Part shown: positions 19,506 through 29,277 of the stretch, piece by piece | Position numbering within the stretch: the first letter of the stretch is position 1 | Layout of the letters: the number at the start of each line of letters is the position of its first letter | Source of the DNA: Candidatus Latescibacterota bacterium | GTDB lineage: Bacteria; Krumholzibacteriota; Krumholzibacteriia; WVZY01; JAKEHA01 | Direction: 5' to 3' | Length of the DNA stretch: 64,000 nucleotides | NCBI GenBank assembly: GCA_963707635.1 | Contig: OY970173.1 | Span: 1,408,001 to 1,472,000, forward strand | Program-made: the position numbers and the translations under genes | The notes under the pieces: generated by a model | The model's database searches: none | The model's input: only the letters and a program-made list of their open reading frames with translations | What the model was told of the DNA's origin: nothing

Positions 19506-20753
19506 ATGAAAGGGTCTTGGATGACAAAGCGGTTGGTGGCGGTACTGATGGCGATGAGCCTGCCCGGGGGAGTCGCCGCGCAGACGGACGTATGGCCGGA
19601 TCCGGTCGTGCAGGAGAAGGCGTTCGTGATCCCGTTGTGGCTTCCGCAATTCGCGGGCGAAGGCAACCTCACGCCGCGCGCGCAACGCCTCGAGCAGATC
19701 GTCCTCAACGACCTCGGCTTCACGGGGCTGTTCAATATCCAGCGCGACGAGCCCGTCGCCACCGGGATGAAGGGCACCAACGCGGTGTGCGTTCGCGGCC
19801 GTGTGTTTCTCGAGGGCCCCGACGTGACGTTTGAAGGCACCGTGACCGACATCGCCTCCGGCGATTTCATGGGCGGCAAGAAATACAAGGTGCCGGACAA
19901 GGAACTGCGGCGTGTGGCCCACCATTTTGCCGACGAAGTGGTGCGCATCGTGACCGGCGAGAAGGGGATGGCGTCGACGCAGATCGTGTACACGCGCAAA
20001 GTCGGCGACAAGTGGGAGCTCGTCGTTTCCGATTATGACGGCTACGACCCGCGGGTGCTGGTGCGCCAGGCGGTCCCGCTGCTGGGGCCCCGCTGGATCG
20101 ATGCCAACCAGGCGGTCGTGTACACGAGCTTTCGCGACGGCAAGGCGGACCTGTTCGTGCGCTACCTGGGAGAAGACAAGTCGCGCGGTCTCGCGAACTA
20201 CAGCGGCAGCAACACCGCCCCCGACTGGTCCGCGCGCGAGGGGCTGCTGCTCGCGGCGCTGTCCAAGGACGGGGATACCGAGGTCTACGTGCTGGAGAAG
20301 AACGGCCACATCCGCCAGCGGCTCACCCACAATCGCGCCATCGACACCAGCCCGTGCTGGGCGCCCGGCGGGCGCGAGATCGTGTTCCTCTCCGATCGCT
20401 CCGGGTCGCCGCAGCTGTTCCTCATGGAGCGCGACGGTGGCAACGTGCGCCGGCTCACCTTCACCGGCGGGTACAACGCCTCGCCCGCGTGGTCGCCGCG
20501 CGGGGACCTGATCGCGTTCTCGACCCGCATGGGCGCGGAATTCCAGATCGCGATCATCACGCCCGACGGGCAGGACGGGAGGCTTATCACCAAAGATGCC
20601 AACAGCTACGAGGACCCCCGCTGGGCCCCGGACGGCCGGCACCTGGTGTGCACGGCGCGCGGCCGGGACGAGACTGTTTCCGTTGTTGACATCGTTACGG
20701 GGGGTAAGAGAATATTGGCCCAAGGCTCGGATCCCGACTGGTCGATCCCGTAA
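19506..20753 (+). CDS. tolB: TolB beta-propeller
   Basis: AHHFADEVV, PD40 repeats (PAWSPRG, PRWAPDG, SDRSGSPQL). Confidence 0.92.
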   Translation: MKGSWMTKRLVAVLMAMSLPGGVAAQTDVWPDPVVQEKAFVIPLWLPQFAGEGNLTPRAQRLEQIVLNDLGFTGLFNIQRDEPVATGMKGTNAVCVRGRVFLEGPDVTFEGTVTDIASGDFMGGKKYKVPDKELRRVAHHFADEVVRIVTGEKGMASTQIVYTRKVGDKWELVVSDYDGYDPRVLVRQAVPLLGPRWIDANQAVVYTSFRDGKADLFVRYLGEDKSRGLANYSGSNTAPDWSAREGLLLAALSKDGDTEVYVLEKNGHIRQRLTHNRAIDTSPCWAPGGREIVFLSDRSGSPQLFLMERDGGNVRRLTFTGGYNASPAWSPRGDLIAFSTRMGAEFQIAIITPDGQDGRLITKDANSYEDPRWAPDGRHLVCTARGRDETVSVVDIVTGGKRILAQGSDPDWSIP

Positions 20754-20850
20754 CTTTATTGATACTAGCGGGTTGCCCCTGCTCGCTGCGAAAAAGGCCC
20801 GAGCGCACACTCTTTTGTCACTTCACATGTGTCTCGATGGAGGTCCAGGC

Positions 20851-21360
20851 ATGATTCTCAAGCGATTGATGGTGCTGGCAATGCTGGCATCGCTGACGGT
20901 GGTCGTGGGTTGCGGCGGAAAGAAGGCGGTCGATGAACCGGCGCCGACGGATACATCGGCAAGACCCGTGGAGGAAGTCAAGGAGCAGCCGGTCGAACAG
21001 CCGGTCACGCCTTCGACCGACATGTCGCCGGTTTCTCTCAACGACGTTTTCTTCGACTTCGACCAGTACAATCTCACCGGGGAAGCGAAGGGCACGCTCG
21101 ACGCCAACGCGCGCGAATTGAAGCGCGTGATGGAGTCGAACATCACCATCGAGGGACATTGCGACGAGCGCGGCACCAAGGCGTACAACCTCGCACTCGG
21201 CGACAAGCGCGCGAACGCCGCCCGCGACTACCTGGTGGCGCTCGGCGTGGGAACGTCGCGCATCACCACGGTTAGCTACGGCAAGGAACGTCCGTTCGAC
21301 GCGGGTCACGACGAGTCCGCGTGGGCGAAGAACCGCCGGGCGCACATCACGACCCGCTAG
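20851..21360 (+). CDS. pal: Peptidoglycan-associated lipoprotein Pal
   Basis: Lipobox VVGC; VFFDFD, IEGHCDERGT..YNLALG..RA, SYGKERP, KNRRA. Confidence 0.95.
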   Translation: MILKRLMVLAMLASLTVVVGCGGKKAVDEPAPTDTSARPVEEVKEQPVEQPVTPSTDMSPVSLNDVFFDFDQYNLTGEAKGTLDANARELKRVMESNITIEGHCDERGTKAYNLALGDKRANAARDYLVALGVGTSRITTVSYGKERPFDAGHDESAWAKNRRAHITTR

Positions 21361-21379
21361 CGCCCTTTGGGAGTAACGC

Positions 21380-22123
21380 ATGCGTCGCACGTCGCTCAAG
21401 ATTCTCGCAGCCGCGGTGGCGGCGGTGGCACTTTCGAATTGCTACGGCGCCAAGATGGTCAAAGGGCCGATCAACTCGGAGCACGCCGCCCTGACGGCGG
21501 ACACCATCCGGGTCGAGCAGCGTCGCCTGATCGAGAAGATCGAGACGCTCGAGCAGAAGCTGGCGCAGGAAAGCGAAGAGCGCACGTCGTCGCAGGCCCA
21601 GATTTCGGTGACCCTGAGCGAGCTCGAGGAAGCCGTGCGCGTGCTCTCCAGCCGCATGGCAGACAGCGAGCAGATGATGAACCGCGGCGGGCGCGGCCCG
21701 AGTGGGTCGCGCTCCGCTGGTGGTTCCGCGGCGCGGGACACCGTCGACGCGGCGGACGAGTTGTACCGCGCGGCATACCTGGACGTGACCCGCGGGAACT
21801 ATGAGCTGGCCGCCCAGTCGTTCGGCGATTATCTCACCCGTTTCCCGCAGGGGGCGCGGGTCGCCGAGTCGCACTATTACCTGGGCGAATGCAACTACGC
21901 AACCGAGCGTTACCTCGAGGCGGCCGGGGAGTTTCAGCGGGTCGTGCGCGAATTTCCCGCGTCGCGGCTGGTCCCCGCTTCCTACCTGAAGATGGGACGC
22001 GCCTACGCACAGCTCGAGGAACGCGGCCTGGCCGAGAAAGCGTACCGGACCCTGATCGAAAAGCACCCCACGTCCGAGGAAGCCAAGCAGGCGCAGGCAG
22101 CGCTCCAGGAGCTCGGGGGCTGA
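21380..22123 (+). CDS. cpoB: CpoB/YbgF (coiled coil plus TPR)
   Basis: Coiled-coil N-terminus, TPR repeats, position directly after pal. Confidence 0.88.
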   Translation: MRRTSLKILAAAVAAVALSNCYGAKMVKGPINSEHAALTADTIRVEQRRLIEKIETLEQKLAQESEERTSSQAQISVTLSELEEAVRVLSSRMADSEQMMNRGGRGPSGSRSAGGSAARDTVDAADELYRAAYLDVTRGNYELAAQSFGDYLTRFPQGARVAESHYYLGECNYATERYLEAAGEFQRVVREFPASRLVPASYLKMGRAYAQLEERGLAEKAYRTLIEKHPTSEEAKQAQAALQELGG

Positions 22124-22139
22124 TCGCCGCCCCGGAGCC

Positions 22140-23381
22140 GTGAGCGATACCGTCGCGTATCTGGCGGGGCTCGCCGTCCTCCTCCTCCTGTCCGCCTTCT
22201 TTTCCGGTTCGGAGGCCGCGCTTTTCTCGCTGAGCCGGAGCCAGACGCGCGCGTTGCGCGACGGGTCGGCCGGCGGCCGCCGCGCGGCCCGCCTCCTGTC
22301 CCAGCCGCGGCCGCTCCTGATCACGGTTCTGGTCGGCAACCTCACCGTCAACATCCTGGCCACCAGCGTCGCCACCTCGCTCCTGCTCCGCGTGTTCGGA
22401 GAGAGCGGGGTGGGAGCCGCGTTTCTCCTCATGTCGGTGCTGATCATCGTGTTCACCGAGGTCTTGCCCAAAGCACTCGGGCTGCACTGGTCGAGCACGG
22501 TGGCGCCGGTGCTGGCGCTGCCGATGTCCGCCATCCACACCGTGCTCGCGCCCATCCGCATCCCGCTCTCCCGCATCTCCGACGGCATCATCGACGCGCT
22601 CCGGGGTCGCATCGGCGCCACGCGGCGTTCGTACACCTGGGACGAGCTCCTGACGGCGGTGCGAATCGGCCGCCGCGAGGGCGCGGTGGGTGCATTCGAG
22701 TACGAGATTCTCTCCCACGTGCTGGAGTTCCGCGAGAAGGTCGTCAAGGAGATCATGACACCGAGCATCCACGTGGTGTCGGCGTCGGTGGACACGCCGC
22801 GCGACGAACTGCTGGCCCTGTTCGCGTCCAGCGGGCATTCGCGCATCCCCATCTACGGCGAGTCGCCCGACGACGTGATCGGGATTCTGCACGTGAAGGA
22901 TCTCATCGACCCGGAGGCAGCGCGGTCCGAGGAGGACCTGCGCGCCCGCGTGCGCGAAACGTTGCTCGTGCAGGAGAACGACCTCATCGCCGACCTCTAC
23001 CGCGAGCTGCAACGTCGCAAGATCCACGTGGCCGTCGTGCTGGACGAATACGGTTCCTTCGCGGGCGTGGCGACCTTCGAAGACATTCTGGAGCAGATGA
23101 TCGGCGAGATCCGCGACGTGCGCGACCCTCGCTTGCAGCCGTTTGCGAAGATCGACGAGCGCCGCATCGTCGTGCAGGGGACCATGGAGATCGACCAGTT
23201 CAACGAGGTTTTCGACGCCGCGCTGCGCGACGACGAGCACGAGACGGTGGCGGGTTACGTGCTCGGCCTGACCGGGCGCATTCCGCGCGAGGGCGAGACC
23301 ATCGAGGCCGCCGGGCTCCGCTTTCATGTCATCTCGGCGCAGTCGAACCGGATACGCAAGTTGCGGGTGGAGAAGGTGTGA
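22140..23381 (+). CDS. CNNM/CBS/CorC (hemolysin-family) membrane protein
   Basis: SAFFSGSEAALFSL, EVLPK, CBS pair (HSRIPIY, VLDEYG), CorC-like C-terminus. Confidence 0.9.
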   Translation: MSDTVAYLAGLAVLLLLSAFFSGSEAALFSLSRSQTRALRDGSAGGRRAARLLSQPRPLLITVLVGNLTVNILATSVATSLLLRVFGESGVGAAFLLMSVLIIVFTEVLPKALGLHWSSTVAPVLALPMSAIHTVLAPIRIPLSRISDGIIDALRGRIGATRRSYTWDELLTAVRIGRREGAVGAFEYEILSHVLEFREKVVKEIMTPSIHVVSASVDTPRDELLALFASSGHSRIPIYGESPDDVIGILHVKDLIDPEAARSEEDLRARVRETLLVQENDLIADLYRELQRRKIHVAVVLDEYGSFAGVATFEDILEQMIGEIRDVRDPRLQPFAKIDERRIVVQGTMEIDQFNEVFDAALRDDEHETVAGYVLGLTGRIPREGETIEAAGLRFHVISAQSNRIRKLRVEKV

Positions 23382-24358
23382 GCGATTTCTCCCTGATCCT
23401 GGTCGCCGGCATCGCGTTCGCGGTGGGCGTGTTCAATTCCGCGTGCGAGACGGCGTTCTTCGCGGCCGATCGGATCCGCCTGCGCCACCTCGCCGCGACG
23501 GGGAGCCGGCGCGCCCAGCGCGTCCTCGACCTCTCGTCGAATCCGGAGCGGTTTCTGAGCACGCTGCTCATCGGCTACAACCTGGCCGAGGTGGGGTGCA
23601 CGGTGGTGTGCACGGCGCTCGCGGCGCGCTGGTTCGGCGACTCGGCGGCGACGATCGTGACGGTGGTGCTGGTCCCGGTGTGGCTCCTGTTCAACCAGAT
23701 CATCCCCAAAGGTCTGGTCCTCTACTATGCGACCCCGGCGGCGGTCGCGTGCGTCGACGTCGTGCGCGCGCTGTCGGCGCTCCTCTACCCGTCGGCGCGG
23801 CCGCTGGAGGGGCTGACGGATGTCCTGACGCGCTTCCTCCCGGTCAGCCCCTCGTCGCGTCTGCTCAACGTCAGCATGGAGGAGTTGCTGTTTCACATCG
23901 GCGACAGCCGCAGCGCGGGTCTGATCGCCCCGGAGACAACGGCGCTCATCGACCGCGCGATCGAGCTCAAGGAACTCTCGATGCGGGGCGTGATGACGCC
24001 CCTCGACGCGGTGGTCATGCTCGACTGGGACGCTCCGATCGAATCGCACGCGGCCGTGATCGCGCGTGAAGGGTTCTCGCGCTATCCGGTCTACCAGGGC
24101 GAGCGCGGCAACGTGATCGGGGTCATCTCGGTGCACGAGTATGTGACCGCGCGCGACCGCGAGAGCCTGCGCGAGGTGCTGCGCGAGCCATTCGTGGTCT
24201 CCGCGGACGCGCGACTCTCGGACGTGTTGGTTCAAATGCGGGAGGGCGGGCGCCACTTCGCCATGATCCGCGACGCGGACGGGCGGACGGTGGGAATGAC
24301 CACGCTCGACGACATTCTCAAGCGCCTGGTGGGCGTGATCGTGGATGAGTTCGATTGA
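23378..24358 (+). CDS. CNNM/CBS domain protein (no CorC domain)
   Basis: CETAFFAADR, QIIPK, FSRYPVY; GTGA overlap with the upstream gene. Confidence 0.85.
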   Translation: MSDFSLILVAGIAFAVGVFNSACETAFFAADRIRLRHLAATGSRRAQRVLDLSSNPERFLSTLLIGYNLAEVGCTVVCTALAARWFGDSAATIVTVVLVPVWLLFNQIIPKGLVLYYATPAAVACVDVVRALSALLYPSARPLEGLTDVLTRFLPVSPSSRLLNVSMEELLFHIGDSRSAGLIAPETTALIDRAIELKELSMRGVMTPLDAVVMLDWDAPIESHAAVIAREGFSRYPVYQGERGNVIGVISVHEYVTARDRESLREVLREPFVVSADARLSDVLVQMREGGRHFAMIRDADGRTVGMTTLDDILKRLVGVIVDEFD

Positions 24359-25439
24359 ACCCCGAGGCCCGGCCGTGATCGTTCGTGCTCCGTTTCCGAT
24401 CCGGGGGCGCCGCCTGCTGCTCCTCGCCGAGGGCAGCTTCTGCGCGGCCGACGCCAAGACGGCGGTCTGCCTCGCCATGTATCGGCCCGACGACGTGGTG
24501 GCCGTGCTCGACTCGACCCGCGCCGGCCGCGGCGTCGGCGAGGTCCTCGGCTTCGGCGGCGACGCCCCGATCGTGGCGAGCATCGGCGACGCGCTCCGGG
24601 AGCGGCCGGAGGTCGCGGTGGTCGGCACCGCGCCCATCGGCGGGGGACTCGTGGGCCCCGACCGATCGCTCGTCGCCCGCTGCCTCGAGGCCGGGCTGGA
24701 CGTCGTGAGCGGAATGCACGCGTTCGTGGGCGACGACTCCGAGCTGGCCGCGCTCGCGGCCGCGTCGGGGGCGCGCGTCTGGGACGTGCGCCGCGTCGCC
24801 GACACCCGCGCGGTATCGGACGGGCGGGGGTGCCGGACGGGCGCGGGCGTGGTACTCACGGTCGGCAGCGATTGCGGGGTCGGCAAGATGACCACCACCG
24901 TCGAACTCGAACGAGCGGCGTCGCAGGCGGGGATGCGCGCCGCGTGGGCGGCGACCGGCCAGACGGGAATGATCCTCCGCGAGCGAGGCGTCGCCGTGGA
25001 CCGCGTTATCGCCGACTTCATGGGCGGCGCCGCGGAAGCACTCGTCAACCTGGAGGGAGAGGGCGCGGAGGTCGTGTTCGTCGAGGGCCAGGGGTCGATC
25101 ACGCATCCCGGATACGCGGGCGTGACCCTGGGGCTCATGTACGGGTGCATGCCCGACGTGATGGTGCTCGTGCACGAGCCCGGGCGCCCGAGCTACAAGC
25201 GCCTTGGTTACAACCTTCCGGATCTGCGCGATTTGATTGCGCTCTACGAGTCCCTGATGCGACCATGGAAACCGGCGCGCGTCGTCGCCGTCGCGCTCAA
25301 TACCGCCGCGCTTTCGGAGCCGGACGCCCTGGCCGCGATCGAGACGGCCGAGCGCGCCACCGGGCTCCCGGCGACGGACGCGGTGCGCGCCGGGTGCGCC
25401 CGGATCCTGCCCGCGATTCGCGACGCGCTGCGCCGCTGA
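24345..25439 (+). CDS. DUF1611 family protein (DgcN-like)
   Basis: SGMH, VGSDCGVGKMTT, ATGQTG, VEGQGSITHPGY; start may be GTG 24375. Confidence 0.88.
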   Translation: MSSIEPRGPAVIVRAPFPIRGRRLLLLAEGSFCAADAKTAVCLAMYRPDDVVAVLDSTRAGRGVGEVLGFGGDAPIVASIGDALRERPEVAVVGTAPIGGGLVGPDRSLVARCLEAGLDVVSGMHAFVGDDSELAALAAASGARVWDVRRVADTRAVSDGRGCRTGAGVVLTVGSDCGVGKMTTTVELERAASQAGMRAAWAATGQTGMILRERGVAVDRVIADFMGGAAEALVNLEGEGAEVVFVEGQGSITHPGYAGVTLGLMYGCMPDVMVLVHEPGRPSYKRLGYNLPDLRDLIALYESLMRPWKPARVVAVALNTAALSEPDALAAIETAERATGLPATDAVRAGCARILPAIRDALRR

Positions 25440-25468
25440 GGCCGCCGTCGCCGAGGAGGCGACCCCAC

Positions 25469-26500
25469 GTGAAGCTCGAAGTCGAACCGATCCAGATTGA
25501 AACCGCCCACCCGTTCCGCATCGCGCGCGGCACACGCACCTCGTACGAGGTCTTCGTCGTCTCGCTCACCCACGACGGCGTCACCGGGCGCGGCGAAGCG
25601 GCGCCCCAGCCCTTCTACGGCGAATCGCCGATGACGGTTCGCGCCGCGATCAACTCGATCGGCCGGATGCTCGACGACGAGCCCGAGGACGTGAGGCTGC
25701 GCTTGAACCGCGACGGCGCGGATCTGTTCGAGGCGCTGCGCGCGCACGCGTCCGTGCGCGCGGCGCTGGATATGGCGCTGTGGGACCTGCGCGGCCAGCG
25801 CGAGGGCGCGCCGGTGTGGCAGCTCCTCGGCGCGCAGGCCGAGAATGCGCCCGCCACGTCGTTCACGATCGGCTTCGACGTCCCCGACGTGATCGACGCC
25901 AAGGTGGACGCGGCCGCGCCCTACCGCATCCTCAAGGTGAAAGTCGGCCTGCCCGGCGACATGGAAATCCTCGACCGCGTGATTGCGCGCAGCGGCAAAG
26001 TCGTGCGCGTCGACGCCAACGAGGGTTGGGACCTGGAAACCGCGATGGAAAAAACCGTGGAGCTCTACCGGCGCCGGGTGGAACTATGCGAGCAACCGCT
26101 CCCGCACGGGAACGAAGACGACTTGCGCCAGCTCAAGCGCGTGAGCCCGCTGCCGGTGATTCTCGACGAGAGCATCGAGGGCCCCGGCGACGTGGTGCGA
26201 CGGCACGATCAGGGCCACGGCATCAACATCAAGCTCATGAAGTGCGGAGGCATTACCCGCGCGCTCGACATGATCGCCTCCGCGCGCGCCCACTCGCTCC
26301 GGGTCATGATCGGGTGCATGATCGAGACCTCGCTGGGCATCACCGCGGCGGCGCAGCTGAGTCCGCTGTGCGACTACGCGGACCTCGACGGCAATCTGCT
26401 GCTCAAGTTCGACCCCTTCGAAGGCGTGCGGGTGAAGGACGGGTACCTGGAGCTCTCGCGGGAGCCCGGCCTCGGCGTGCGCCGGCGCGTCACGCCTTAG
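25469..26500 (+). CDS. Enolase-superfamily dipeptide epimerase (L-Ala-D/L-Glu epimerase / DgcA-like)
   Basis: GAGGAGG RBS; KVKVG, VDANEGW, EQP, DES, NIKLMKCGG, DLDG. Confidence 0.9.
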   Translation: MKLEVEPIQIETAHPFRIARGTRTSYEVFVVSLTHDGVTGRGEAAPQPFYGESPMTVRAAINSIGRMLDDEPEDVRLRLNRDGADLFEALRAHASVRAALDMALWDLRGQREGAPVWQLLGAQAENAPATSFTIGFDVPDVIDAKVDAAAPYRILKVKVGLPGDMEILDRVIARSGKVVRVDANEGWDLETAMEKTVELYRRRVELCEQPLPHGNEDDLRQLKRVSPLPVILDESIEGPGDVVRRHDQGHGINIKLMKCGGITRALDMIASARAHSLRVMIGCMIETSLGITAAAQLSPLCDYADLDGNLLLKFDPFEGVRVKDGYLELSREPGLGVRRRVTP

Positions 26501-26516
26501 GGCCGGGCGGGGCACG

Positions 26517-26891
26517 TTACTCGATTATGACGATCGCCATTGCGTGGTCGCGGCCGTGGGTGATGGTGCAGTGGACCACGCTGGCCTCCAGCATCGTGAG
26601 CTGCTCGCGGGCGCGGCCCGAGAGCTCGACGAACGGCTGGCCGCTCGGGTGGCGCCGCACGTCGATGTCGCGCCAGCGCACCCCCGCCCCCCAGCCGGTG
26701 CCCAGCGCCTTCATGCACGCCTCCTTGACCGCGAACCTCCCCGCGATGCGTGGGACCGGGTCCGCGTAGCGGGCGACGTATTCGCGCTCGAAGGGCGTGA
26801 GAATGCGCTCGAGGAACTTCTCCCCATACTCCGCGTGCACACGCGCGATGCGAGCGAGCTCGATGATATCGGTGCCGATGCCTTTGATCAT
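26517..26891 (-). CDS. acpS: Holo-[acyl-carrier-protein] synthase
   Basis: GIGTDIIE, AGRFAVKEACMKALGTG, SGQP. Confidence 0.95.
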   Translation of the reverse strand: MIKGIGTDIIELARIARVHAEYGEKFLERILTPFEREYVARYADPVPRIAGRFAVKEACMKALGTGWGAGVRWRDIDVRRHPSGQPFVELSGRAREQLTMLEASVVHCTITHGRDHAMAIVIIE

Positions 26892-26910
26892 TCGTGGGAT
26901 GGGTGGCTAG

Positions 26911-27001
26911 CGGCGTCGATAACGCCTCTCCGCTCATGCACTTCGCGCGCGACAGTTGATAGCGCGCCTCGTGAAATCGCGTCGAGGCATTCTCGACGCC
27001 G
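26911..27001 (-). repeat. Dispersed structured intergenic element, copy 2
   Basis: On the - strand the 44 core nt flanking the loop are identical to copy 1; different 18-position outer stem. Confidence 0.85.
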
Positions 27002-27098
27002 TCAGGGACCCGGTCATTATACGCATAGCGAGTCATCGCTTGCCACCCGTGGTGATCGGCGCTAGCTTCCAAAGCTTATGACCCGACGATCTGGAACC

Positions 27099-28460
27099 AT
27101 GTCCAAACGCAATCAGACCCTCGGGGTGATGAACGGGATGCTGGTCAATCTCGGCAACACCTTCGTCGACCCGTTCACGGTGCTGCCCGTGTTCATCACG
27201 ACCTTCGGAGGCTCCAGCGTGCTGGTCGGGTTCGTGTCGGCGGCGTTCACCGCCGGTTGGTTCCTGCCGCAGGTCTTCGTCTCCAGTCTGGTGCAGACGC
27301 GCCGGCGCGTGCTGCCGATCTACACCGCCGCGGCCGCGTTTCGTTTCGCCGGTTTCGTCGGAGCCGGCGCCAGCGTGTTCTGGATCGACCCGGCCCACAG
27401 GGCGAGCGTGCTCACCTGCGTGATCGTGGGGCTCACGATCAACGCGCTCGCGGCCGGGGTGGCGGGGGTGCCGTTTCTCGAGATCACCTCGAAGACGGTC
27501 CCGGTGAACGAGCGCGGCGCGTTCTTCGCAGGCCGGCGGGTAATGGGGGGTGTGCTGGGCATCGTCGCCGGGATGGTGATCGCCGCGGTCTTGAACGGGG
27601 ACCCCGGAGCCATGTGGGCGCGCACGCGGGTCTTTCGCGCCGTGCAGCACGCCGTCGAGGCCGTCGGGCTGGCCGGGAGAGAGTTTCCCTACGACTACGG
27701 CATTCTCATCATCATCGGGGGAGTGATCGCCACCGTCGGGGTCGTCTCGTACCTGTTTGTCCAGGAGCCGCCCGCGGAGCATGTGCACCCACCGCATCCG
27801 ATCCGGCAACAGCTGGCGGACGGTTTCGCGATGCTCAAGCGCATGCCGCACTACCGGACGTTCCTGTGGATGCGAGTGTTCTACCAGCTCACCGCGATGT
27901 CGTTTCCGTTCTACGCAACCTTCGCGTACGTGCGCCTCGGATTCTCGCAGGCGAGCGTCGGGGTGTTCGTGTCGTTGTGGGTGGCGGCCAGTGTGCTTTC
28001 CAACCTGGTGTGGGGACGCCTGCTCGACCACCGGGGCAATCGCATCGTGTTCGTGTCGACCGCGGCATTGAGCGTATTTCCGCCCCTGGCGGTGCTCGCG
28101 ATCTCCACGCGCGAGGCGGGTCACGCCGGCGTCGTCGGAACCGGGCTCTTCACGCTGGTCGCGTCGACGTTTCTGCTCAACGGCTTCGTGCGCAGCGGCC
28201 GGTTCATCGCGAACCATACCTACCTGCTCGAATCGGCCCCGGCGAATCGCCGGCCGCTCTACGTCGGATTCATGAACACGCTCTCGTTTCCGTTCATGTT
28301 GAGTCCGATCCTGGGGGGCTTGGTCGTGGCCGCGTTCGGCTACCCGACCCTGTTCATCCTGGCGGCGCTATCCGCGATCGCCGATCTCGTCGCCAGCACG
28401 CGCCTGGTCGAGCCCCGAACCGCAATTCGGGCCCCGATCGATGAGCCGTCGGCCGCCTGA
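27099..28460 (+). CDS. MFS transporter
   Basis: Many TM helices, WGRLLDHRG motif-A-like loop; start ATG 27099 or 27078. Confidence 0.85.
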   Translation: MSKRNQTLGVMNGMLVNLGNTFVDPFTVLPVFITTFGGSSVLVGFVSAAFTAGWFLPQVFVSSLVQTRRRVLPIYTAAAAFRFAGFVGAGASVFWIDPAHRASVLTCVIVGLTINALAAGVAGVPFLEITSKTVPVNERGAFFAGRRVMGGVLGIVAGMVIAAVLNGDPGAMWARTRVFRAVQHAVEAVGLAGREFPYDYGILIIIGGVIATVGVVSYLFVQEPPAEHVHPPHPIRQQLADGFAMLKRMPHYRTFLWMRVFYQLTAMSFPFYATFAYVRLGFSQASVGVFVSLWVAASVLSNLVWGRLLDHRGNRIVFVSTAALSVFPPLAVLAISTREAGHAGVVGTGLFTLVASTFLLNGFVRSGRFIANHTYLLESAPANRRPLYVGFMNTLSFPFMLSPILGGLVVAAFGYPTLFILAALSAIADLVASTRLVEPRTAIRAPIDEPSAA

Positions 28461-28498
28461 TCTCGCTCGTTTGTCCACCCGACGCGCTTACAGACTTG

Positions 28499-28625
28499 CT
28501 GTCACGGTGACAGTCGAATCTGTCATGCCCACGGCCCATCAACGATGGTCTGGTGATCGGAATGTTTGTAACTAGTTGTTACATAACATAATACGATACA
28601 TGCGACCCGTGGCACGGGCCGTGCA
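28499..28625 (+). promoter_or_regulatory. Candidate sigma54 promoter (TGGCACGGGCCGTGCA, 28610-28625) with upstream AT-rich IHF-like tract and TGTCA/TGACA palindromes
   Basis: GG-N10-GC spacing; CTGTCAC-G-GTGACAG at 28499-28513; TGACAG-N6-CTGTCA at 28508-28525. Confidence 0.6.
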
Positions 28626-28691
28626 GTAGCCACTGCGCGGGCACGAGCCCACAGGTTGAATTCATCTATCAATCCATATGGAGGTAGGGTC

Positions 28692-29156
28692 ATGAAAGTC
28701 ACGAAGTACGAGAGCCCGCTGTCACCGCTCGAGGCGGCGCTCGACCGCTGGGGATTCCCGACGGTCGAACGGGCGACGTGGGGGCTTCCCCTGATCGACC
28801 GGATCTTTACCGACAGCAACGGCGAGGCGTGGTCCACGGCTCGTCTGCCGAAGACGAACGTCGCCGAGACCGAGGACGCGTATCTCTTCACGATTGAGAT
28901 GCCCGGCCTGAAGAAGGAGAACGTCGAGGTCAACTTCGAGGGTGACACGCTGATCGTCAAGGGCGAGTCGTCCGAGAAGAAGGAAGAGAAGGGTGTCATC
29001 CGTCGGGAGTACCATTCGACCCGCTTCGAACGGACCTTCGGCATCGGCCCCGGCGTCGATCGCGAGAAGGTCATGGCGAAGATGGAAGACGGGATCCTGA
29101 CCGTCACGCTTCCCAAGTCCCAGGAGAGAATCGGGAGAAAGATCGAGATCGCGTAA
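28692..29156 (+). CDS. Small heat-shock protein (Hsp20/alpha-crystallin)
   Basis: GGAGGT RBS; EMPGLKKENVEV, FERTF, AKMEDGILTVTLPK, KIEIA. Confidence 0.95.
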   Translation: MKVTKYESPLSPLEAALDRWGFPTVERATWGLPLIDRIFTDSNGEAWSTARLPKTNVAETEDAYLFTIEMPGLKKENVEVNFEGDTLIVKGESSEKKEEKGVIRREYHSTRFERTFGIGPGVDREKVMAKMEDGILTVTLPKSQERIGRKIEIA

Positions 29157-29180
29157 CGCGATTTCGAAGGGGGCAGTGAG

Positions 29181-29220
29181 GAGCCCGGAGCGGCAACGCT
29201 CCGGGCTCTCTTGGTTTGTT
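29181..29220 (+). terminator. Rho-independent terminator after hsp20
   Basis: GAGCCCGGAGCG-GCAA-CGCTCCGGGCTC followed by a T-rich tail. Confidence 0.75.
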
Positions 29221-29277
29221 GCCGGCCCGGGAACGGGTGGAACCCCGGCGCCGCGTGTGCTACCGTCGGTCCTCCCG

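Noticed and set aside
28460..28692. CIRCE/HrcA operator before hsp20
   Set aside because: TTAGCACTC-N9-GAGTGCTAA is not present.
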